Source: an uncultured Bacteroidales bacterium
GTDB taxonomy: Bacteria > Bacteroidota > Bacteroidia > Bacteroidales > UBA10428
DNA: 64,000 nucleotides
Direction of reading: 5' to 3'
Assembly (NCBI GenBank): GCA_964634105.1
Contig: CAZWIU010000002.1
Span: 13,034 to 77,033 of the forward strand
The notes under the pieces are model-generated. The model was not told where the DNA came from, did no database searches, and saw only the letters and a program-made list of their open reading frames with translations. Both the position numbers and the translations under genes were made by a program. Positions 58,301 through 64,000 of the stretch are shown here, piece by piece (the stretch's first letter is position 1; every line of letters starts with the position of its first letter).

Positions 58301-59600
58301 CCTGCCCTCCAATATCCAGAATGAATGATATATCAGGATTAAAGTGGCAGGCTGCCTTATAATGAGCGATCGTTTCGACTAATCCCCAGTTAAGATTAAA
58401 GGCATTTTTAATCAGATCTTCACCATACCCTGTTACGCAACTTCCGGCAATTTGAAGTATCTTTCCTGCTGCTAATGCTTTTTTATTCAACAATTCTAAG
58501 CCTTCAAGCACCGTATTACGAGAATTGCCGTTATTTTTTTTGTAGAAGTGGAAAAACAGCCTGGCCCTGCTATCCAGTGCAACTATCTTGGTTGTTGTAG
58601 AACCACTGTCGATACCAATATAACAGCTGTTTTCTTCCAGGCTTTCAATAGTTGTGCTCTTCAGCATGAATTGTACTTTTGATCTTCTCCATCCATCGAA
58701 TTCATCCGTGGAATTGAAAAGTGGTATATTCCTGTTGCCTGGTTTGGAAAGGGGTGTTTCGTTCATTGTTCCAAATAACCTGATCCATTCGGATACAAGC
58801 CTGCTGCTCTGTCCCTTTCTATGTGAAAGAGCAGCTCCCAGGGCAGGAATAACCTCGGCAAAATCACATAAAACAATGTCGTCTTCGGTAAGATTGACCG
58901 CTTTAAGGAAAGCACTCCTTAGTTGTGGAATGAATTTGAATGGTCCGCCGCACAAAATTAGCTTCGGAGCTATTTTATATCCGCGGGACAAAGAACTTAT
59001 GATCTGCAAACTCACAGCATGAAATATTGAAGCTGCAATATCTTCTTTATTCACATTTCTGCTAAGAAGATTCTGAACATCGGTTTTTGAGAATACCCCG
59101 CAACGTGAGGCTATTGGATAAATGGTTGTAGCCCTTTCTGCCATGGTGTTCATTTCGGTAATATCCATTGCCAGAATAGTAGCCATCTGATCGATAAACG
59201 ATCCTGTCCCACCGGCACAGCTCCCGTTCATGCGTATATCAGGATTCATATTCTTGTTGAAGAATACCATTTTGGCATCTTCTCCTCCAATATCAACCAA
59301 TGTTTTTATTTGAGGAAACTTTTGTGAAACCACCTTAAATGAAGCGATAACCTCCTGAACAAAAGGCAATGAGCATCGTTCCGATATTCCCATGCCGGCA
59401 GATCCCGTAACAGTTATAGAAATCGTAATGTCACCAATAGCCTGTTTTAAATTTTCAAACATAGTTATAAGCGTATTGGCAATATCGGCATGGTGTCTGC
59501 GATAATCCTTATAAATAATATCACCGCCAGGGCTGACAGCTGCAACCTTAATTGTTGTAGAACCAGCATCGATTCCTATATTTACAGTTGATACATTCAT
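55320..59600 (-). CDS. fusion protein: two BcrAD/BadFG/HgdC-type activase ATPase modules plus a large dehydratase-component-like (DUF2229-type) C-terminal region
   Basis: 1426 aa. Module 1 has GIDAGSTTIKVA, LVDIGGEDAKMV and SCAGGTGSFIDQ. Module 2 has GIDSGSTTTKIV, ILDIGGQDMKAL and ACSSGCGGFIE. About 750 further residues follow with conserved Cys. This corresponds to the 'acyl-CoA dehydratase activase-related' family. Confidence 0.8.
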   Translation of the reverse strand: MNVSTVNIGIDAGSTTIKVAAVSPGGDIIYKDYRRHHADIANTLITMFENLKQAIGDITISITVTGSAGMGISERCSLPFVQEVIASFKVVSQKFPQIKTLVDIGGEDAKMVFFNKNMNPDIRMNGSCAGGTGSFIDQMATILAMDITEMNTMAERATTIYPIASRCGVFSKTDVQNLLSRNVNKEDIAASIFHAVSLQIISSLSRGYKIAPKLILCGGPFKFIPQLRSAFLKAVNLTEDDIVLCDFAEVIPALGAALSHRKGQSSRLVSEWIRLFGTMNETPLSKPGNRNIPLFNSTDEFDGWRRSKVQFMLKSTTIESLEENSCYIGIDSGSTTTKIVALDSRARLFFHFYKKNNGNSRNTVLEGLELLNKKALAAGKILQIAGSCVTGYGEDLIKNAFNLNWGLVETIAHYKAACHFNPDISFILDIGGQDMKALFIENGAIKRLEINEACSSGCGGFIETFASSLNLHVSEFSDIACKSTSPCDLGTRCTVFMNSKVKQYIREGSPVADISAGLAYSVIKNCLNKVLKIKDVSELGDNIMVQGGAFRNKSIIRALEKETGKSVMITDYPELMGAFGAALFAIQRSSQNPPRLVPLINLLKTQINKNSIIVCKGCENSCFVTRYDFANGNRYYSGNKCEKIFNNTGEKYKPGINQYAEKLRLLFNRKAPVDSSAITIGIPRALGIYENYPFWHKLFTGCGYNVVLSDESTVNLYEKGASSVMADNICYPAKLTNGHIINLVEKGVDRIFLPFVVYESIEDKASANSYNCPIVTGYSEVIRSAINPLSGYGIPFDSPAITFKDEDLLRKGCYAYIQSISKVDRINNRNKIYNKIERTKFERIFNLALLEQKTYDETLMKRASEICEKANRENRLVILLAGRPYHSDPLIQHKIADIFSSYGADVITEAIARNYNADNDEFNTIMQWAYINRIIRAAQWTARAPANVHFVEITSFGCGPDAFIIDEVTDILRSKGKNATLLKVDDISNTGSVRLRIRSLIDSLKYSVSGNKTASAGVVHTPLFTKNDRKRKILIPWFGDFYAPFIPPVFRLVGYDCENLPPSDQLSAEYGLKYSNNEICYPATLVVGDFIKALNSGRYKTSEVALAISQTGGQCRATNYLSLVKKAIISAGFKDVPVISIALNKSSTLNNQPGFSLKLRKVYKVIVNTTLYADYLSQMYYATVPREREEGIASTLREKYINLGVNVIVRNKPEEFFDLVSSAAEEFSQALDKIDVPRIGIVGEIYVKYNDFGHKNIVKWLLSQGVEPILPPLSNFFLSSFANMEARFKENIHKRNIPKFALDYIENYLFRVIEKMESAISRFPYIRSIESPHKEAEKASRIININSQFGEGWSIAGEYARFAEEGVNNIVSLQPFGCIANQIISKGIEKRTREFYPNLNLLFLDFDNGMSEANIYNRLHFMIGGN

Positions 59601-60048
59601 ATCCTAGCGAGTGTTATTCATTTAAGGATTTCAATAAACATCTCATCAGTAAGTGCATTCATTTCTCCGGAATATTTGAAAATTACAAGGATGATAAGTT
59701 ATGGAAACACAAGTAAGCTGAAAAATGCTGAAATAATTTGTTTAACTGCTACTTTCCTGACGTTTCCTTTGGTCATCCCTATACCTTGCATTCTGGCATT
59801 ATTATCTGCCTGTTCAAGAAATACCAGCTTTATAGTTTCAATAATTCTTTTCCCGGCCTCATTTGTATTTTCCTTTTTCATTTCTTCTATGGCAGATATT
59901 TTCAGTAGACGTTGGCTAAAGTAATTTTGCCTAAAAGTTTAACAACAACCTCAGACCAGTTAACAATTTAAAAAAACATTTCTTCTCATACAACATTTTA
60001 CAGGTATAACAAATTGCATTTCCAGAGGTAAAGAACCTCCGTATAAAA

Positions 60049-61167
60049 TTATGCAGTTTTCCTGTAGCGGTTTATAGCAAGCGCTGTGAAAGCAAATGCA
60101 ATCAGTGTTAAAGCAAGAACATCACCCCGTATGTCATGAAATGTTGAACCTTTAAGCATCACCATTCTGTTAATTCGCATAACATAGACAGCAGGATTTA
60201 TCAGATCGATTTTTTGCGCCCAAACAGGCATACTCTCAAGTGGAGTAAAGATGCCGCTCATAAGCACAAAAATAATGATGAATAAGAAGGCAACGAACAT
60301 AAATTGCTGTTGCGTACTTGAAATAGTTGAGATAAACAGGGCAAGTCCAAGAACTGCTATCATAAAAATTGCTGAGCAAAGGAACAAAAGTGCAATACTG
60401 CCTTCAAAAGGTATATTGAATATAAGTTTTCCGATAATTAATCCAATCGCCAGATCGATGAGTCCGATAATGAGGAAAGGAATTATTTTAGCGAGTATAA
60501 AATGGTATTTTTTAATGGGTGTGACATTTATTTGTTCGATAGTACCGCTTTCTTTTTCTTTAACAAGGTTGAGACCTGCAAGAATGAATCCGATTGCTAG
60601 TATAAGTATACCAAGGATTCCGGGGAGCATGTAAAATTTATAGTTAAGCATTTCGTTATACCAGTACCTGTTTGTAACCTGTATCTGAGGAGCAGCTGCA
60701 AAGGCCTGACCGCCGGTATTTTTAACAGCGATATTCGCATTATAATCGCGTATAACACCATTTAAATATGCCCATGATAGCTGGGCATTTGATGCATTAA
60801 TTGCATTTACCGAAACCAATATTTTTGTTGTGTTACCTTTCCCGATCTCTTTACCAAAACCGGCGGGTATCTGAAGTATTAAATCACATTTATTCTTGTG
60901 CAACAGATTATTGGCTTCCTGTTCAGAAAATGTGGTAAACCTGACCTTGAAAAATGTCGATCCCTCGAGTTGGCTTACAAGTCTTTGCGATTCGATGGTC
61001 ATATCCTGATCAACAATACCTAATCCAATATTATGTATCTCGAAAGTTATGGCTGGAACAAGTAACAGCATCTGGGCAACAGGGATAGCAAAGATTGCTT
61101 TCCCGATAAACTTATCCCTGAAGATCTGAAGAAACTCTTTTCGTATCAGGTAGACAATTGTCCTCAT
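60049..61167 (-). CDS. ABC-2 type transporter permease (YbhR/YbhS-like)
   Basis: 372 aa. An N-terminal TM is followed by a large periplasmic loop and five C-terminal TMs, the typical ABC-2 membrane topology. It is paired with a paralog upstream. Confidence 0.85.
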   Translation of the reverse strand: MRTIVYLIRKEFLQIFRDKFIGKAIFAIPVAQMLLLVPAITFEIHNIGLGIVDQDMTIESQRLVSQLEGSTFFKVRFTTFSEQEANNLLHKNKCDLILQIPAGFGKEIGKGNTTKILVSVNAINASNAQLSWAYLNGVIRDYNANIAVKNTGGQAFAAAPQIQVTNRYWYNEMLNYKFYMLPGILGILILAIGFILAGLNLVKEKESGTIEQINVTPIKKYHFILAKIIPFLIIGLIDLAIGLIIGKLIFNIPFEGSIALLFLCSAIFMIAVLGLALFISTISSTQQQFMFVAFLFIIIFVLMSGIFTPLESMPVWAQKIDLINPAVYVMRINRMVMLKGSTFHDIRGDVLALTLIAFAFTALAINRYRKTA

Positions 61168-61186
61168 GTATGATTCTCCTTCTGAT

Positions 61187-62296
61187 TTATTGAAGCCGTG
61201 TCTTAAAATTTTTTACAGCCAATCCTATAAATACCAAGGTAAAGAATATCAGAATCAGGGTTTCTTTCCAGACATAAAGAAAACCTGTTCCTTTGATCAT
61301 GATATTCTTTATAATGACGATAAAATACCTTGGAGGTAGAATGGCACTAAACCAATCATACCCTTTCGGCATATTCTCAATAGGGAAAATGAATCCTGAA
61401 AGAATAACCGTTGGAAGCAACATGCCAATCATTGAGATAAAAATAGCCTGCTGCATTGTTTTTGCGACAGTAGAAATTAATATTCCAATTGAAAGGCTCA
61501 TTAAAATATAGAGCATCGATTCGGCCAGAAGCAGAGCTGTACTACCCTTGATCTCTAAACCAAAAACAAACCGTGAGAGTAATAAAATCATAATGACATC
61601 TGCAAAAGATAAAATAAAATAGGGGAGTACTTTGCCAAGAATAATTTGTATTGGTTTAAGGGGTGAAACAAGCAATGCCTCCATGGTACCGAATTCCTTT
61701 TCACGGGTTATTGTTATGGATGTCATCAATGCACATATCAGAATCATAATCAGGGTTATCACCCCTGGCACAAACATATGTTGTCCTTTTAAAGAAGGAT
61801 TGTAGAACATCCTGACTTCAGGCTGAACCAGAGGGGTTGAATGAATGGATGTTGCGGCAAGTTCCCGGTTGAAATCGGACACGATGGCAGAAATATAATT
61901 TGTAGTTAGTGTCGCCATATTGGGTTCAGAGCCATCTGCAATAATGTTTATTGTTGCTTTACCTTCACTGATTAGTTTTCTTCCAAAATCCTTCTCAAAA
62001 ATAATAACTGCTTTAATCTTATTTCCACGGAGAACTCTGTCAATATCGTTATAGCTCAGCAGGGTTTCACTTCGCCTGAAAAAACCGGATGAACAAACTT
62101 TATCTGATATCTTTTGTGTTGTTTCATCATTTGAAAGATCAAGAAAAGCGATCCGGGCATTTTTCAGGTCCATGCTTACAACAAATCCGAACAGAAGTAT
62201 CTGTATAGTAGGAATTCCAAATAAAATGAGCATCGTCCGGTAGTCTCTGAAAATATGAAGGAACTCCTTCTTTACAAATCCTAGGAATCGTTTCAT
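61187..62296 (-). CDS. ABC-2 type transporter permease (YbhS/YbhR-like)
   Basis: 369 aa paralog of the downstream permease with the same topology and a similar N-terminus (KEFLHIFRDYRT vs KEFLQIFRDKF). Confidence 0.85.
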   Translation of the reverse strand: MKRFLGFVKKEFLHIFRDYRTMLILFGIPTIQILLFGFVVSMDLKNARIAFLDLSNDETTQKISDKVCSSGFFRRSETLLSYNDIDRVLRGNKIKAVIIFEKDFGRKLISEGKATINIIADGSEPNMATLTTNYISAIVSDFNRELAATSIHSTPLVQPEVRMFYNPSLKGQHMFVPGVITLIMILICALMTSITITREKEFGTMEALLVSPLKPIQIILGKVLPYFILSFADVIMILLLSRFVFGLEIKGSTALLLAESMLYILMSLSIGILISTVAKTMQQAIFISMIGMLLPTVILSGFIFPIENMPKGYDWFSAILPPRYFIVIIKNIMIKGTGFLYVWKETLILIFFTLVFIGLAVKNFKTRLQ

Positions 62297-62300
62297 AATT

Positions 62301-63038
62301 CTAATTTTTCACTGGTCGTGCAATTTTAACAAACACCTCCTCCACCGACGACGCCCCATAGCTCTTTTTAAGTGCGGATGGTGTATCCAGCGCCACAATT
62401 TTCCCTTCGCTCATTATTGAAACCCGGTCACAATATTCGGCCTCGTCCATGTAATGTGTAGTAACAAAAACAGTAATTCCCCGGGCAGCTGTTTCATAGA
62501 TCATTTCCCAGAATTGTCTCCTGGTAATAGGATCCACTCCTCCGGTTGGTTCATCGAGGAAAACAATTTTCGGTTCGTGAAGCACAGCAACTGAAAAAGC
62601 CAATTTCTGGCGTAATCCAAGCGGAAGATCGGCAATTAACCTGTCGCCGTATTCCTGGAAACTAAGCTTCTCCAATAGTGTTGCAGTTCTCTCTTTTATA
62701 AGTGATTTTCTCAAACCGTAAATGCCACCGTAAAGCATAATATTTTCTTTCACCGTGAGATCTTCATAAAGAGAAAACTTCTGGCACATATACCCGATAT
62801 TCTTTTTTATTTGTTCCGGCTGTCTTTTTGCATTGAATCCCGCCACCATTACTTCTCCCGATGTAGGCTCCGACAATCCTGAGAGTATCCTTATTGCGGT
62901 GGTTTTACCGGCTCCGTTGGCCCCCAGGAAGCCAAAAATTTCGCCCTCATATACCTCGAAATTTAAGTTATCGTTGGCTATGAAGCTCCCGAATTTCTTC
63001 ATCAGATTGCGGACCGATATCACTGTATTGGCTGTCAT
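62301..63038 (-). CDS. ABC transporter ATP-binding protein
   Basis: Walker A GANGAGKTT, Walker B VFLDEPTGGVD, H-loop TTHYMDEAE. Confidence 0.92.
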   Translation of the reverse strand: MTANTVISVRNLMKKFGSFIANDNLNFEVYEGEIFGFLGANGAGKTTAIRILSGLSEPTSGEVMVAGFNAKRQPEQIKKNIGYMCQKFSLYEDLTVKENIMLYGGIYGLRKSLIKERTATLLEKLSFQEYGDRLIADLPLGLRQKLAFSVAVLHEPKIVFLDEPTGGVDPITRRQFWEMIYETAARGITVFVTTHYMDEAEYCDRVSIMSEGKIVALDTPSALKKSYGASSVEEVFVKIARPVKN

Positions 63039-63042
63039 TTTT

Positions 63043-63969
63043 CTATTGCTTTCGTGAGGTTGAATTTTGCATCAGTTCGAGAAATCTGTCCTCAATTCCG
63101 GCCCTGGTTTCATCAATCGAAACATCTTTAATGCCCATGGAGATCAAATAACCGACTACAGCTTTGTCAACATTATTTTCTTTGAAGGTAACATGTACCG
63201 AATCTCCGAACGGATAAGCCGAATGTATTCCAGGGTAGCTTCTTAAGGCATTTATCAATTTGTATTTTTCAGACGCTCTGACGCTAAAGAGTTTTCTGCT
63301 GAAACCATCCCTGATTTTTTCAGGCTGGCCGATCGATAAGATGGCCCCTTCCTGTATCAGCGCTACCCTGTCGCATTTCATAGCTTCGTCCATATAGGGA
63401 GTTGAAACAATAATGGTTATATTATATTCTCTGAGTTTTTTCAGCATTTCCCAGAATTCTGTACGAGAAACTGCATCGACCCCGGTAGTAGGTTCGTCAA
63501 GAACAAGGAGCGACGGTTTATGAATCAGGGCACATGATAACGCCAGTTTCTGTTTCATACCTCCAGAGAGTTTCCCTGCAAGTCGCTTTTTAAAAGGTTC
63601 GATATGCGAGTAGATATCCCTGATCAGATCATAGTTTTCTTTAACTGTTGTGCCAAAGACAGTGGCATAGAAATTCAGATTTTCTTCAACTGTTAAGTCC
63701 AAATAAAGGCTGAATCGTCCGGGCATGTATCCTATATTTTCGCGTAACCTTTTATAACCGGTTTTACAATCAAGGCCCAGGATATTCATCTCTCCTTCAT
63801 CCGGCAGCAGCAATGTGGTTATTATCCTGAAGAGTGTTGTTTTGCCTGCTCCATCGGGACCGATGAAACCAAAAATTTCGCCCTCATGAACCTCAAATGA
63901 AATATTTGTCAGGGCTTTTGTTTCCCCGAATTTTTTACCGATACCGTATGATTCAATTGTTTTATTCAT
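63043..63969 (-). CDS. ABC transporter ATP-binding protein (with C-terminal extension)
   Basis: Walker A GPDGAGKTT, signature LSGGMKQKL, Walker B LVLDEPTTGVD. Confidence 0.92.
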   Translation of the reverse strand: MNKTIESYGIGKKFGETKALTNISFEVHEGEIFGFIGPDGAGKTTLFRIITTLLLPDEGEMNILGLDCKTGYKRLRENIGYMPGRFSLYLDLTVEENLNFYATVFGTTVKENYDLIRDIYSHIEPFKKRLAGKLSGGMKQKLALSCALIHKPSLLVLDEPTTGVDAVSRTEFWEMLKKLREYNITIIVSTPYMDEAMKCDRVALIQEGAILSIGQPEKIRDGFSRKLFSVRASEKYKLINALRSYPGIHSAYPFGDSVHVTFKENNVDKAVVGYLISMGIKDVSIDETRAGIEDRFLELMQNSTSRKQ

Positions 63970-63975
63970 GATGTT

Positions 63976-64000
63976 TCAGAATATAACCTCGCCTGGCATC
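63976..64000 (-). CDS. last few codons of an upstream gene, possibly the HlyD-type periplasmic adaptor of the ABC operon (partial)
   Basis: The minus-strand frame reads ...MPGEVIF-stop (TGA at 63978-63976), 6 nt before the ABC ATPase ATG. Only 8 codons are visible. The adaptor guess rests on typical YhiI-YbhFSR operon order. Confidence 0.25.

Noticed and set aside
59601-60048. The 450 bp gap between the ABC-2 permease and the activase-fusion gene, with overlapping small ORFs on both strands (59676-59924 plus strand, 82 aa; 59699-59881 minus strand, 60 aa).
   Set aside because: The two ORFs exclude each other, and neither has recognisable motifs. The region is plausibly just the promoter/5' UTR of the 1426-aa gene. 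Neither ORF can be supported from sequence alone.
1-64000. A search of the whole window for defence or mobile systems: CRISPR arrays, cas genes, restriction-modification, toxin-antitoxin pairs, retron/DGR reverse transcriptases, integrases, transposases and phage genes.
   Set aside because: No spaced identical repeats of CRISPR size were seen. No ORF carries reverse transcriptase (YxDD), tyrosine or serine recombinase, DDE transposase, or restriction/methylase motifs. The only mobile-looking items are the small non-autonomous elements reported above.

Overview
The window reads as an AT-rich core chromosomal segment of a Bacteroidota-type genome. This rests on gene order, TAnnTTTG-type promoter boxes and glycine-lipid genes. 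All product calls come from motif recognition and remembered gene neighbourhoods; no searches were run.

The backbone is housekeeping:
- An lptC-like 3' end, a CNNM/hemolysin gene and a ppiD-like gene.
- A complete minus-strand dcw cluster in the order mraZ-rsmH-ftsL-ftsI-murE-mraY-murD-ftsW-murG-murC-ftsQ-ftsA-ftsZ (11.3-26.6 kb).
- A glsA/glsB-like acyltransferase pair, and purF.
- A leu operon, leuA-leuC-leuD-(second IPMS/citramalate synthase)-leuB.
- yebC, an RprX/RprY-like two-component pair and two hybrid sensor kinases.
- rnc-fabF-acpP, purN, leuS and two tRNA-Arg genes.
- A 1426-aa double BcrAD/HgdC-type ATPase fusion and a YbhFSR-like ABC exporter operon.

I found no CRISPR array, integrase, transposase, toxin-antitoxin pair or recognisable defence island, and no convincing multi-gene novel system. 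The observations most worth a second look are small and non-coding or mobile:
1. A roughly 330 bp GIY-YIG nuclease cassette sits inside the tRNA-Arg(CCG) transcription unit, bracketed by a duplicated tRNA 5' half.
2. A roughly 380 bp GC-rich element made of about seven consecutive hairpins is closed by a perfect 20 bp inverted repeat. One hairpin module shares an identical 13-mer with a 17 nt insertion in the truncated tRNA copy.
3. A promoter, Leu/Ile-rich leader peptide, antiterminator and terminator lie ahead of leuA.
4. A MITE-like element carries a 10 bp direct repeat.
5. The tRNA-Arg(CCG) has an apparent compensated A19:U56 tertiary pair.
6. An A7-tract frameshift truncates a putative outer-membrane protein.
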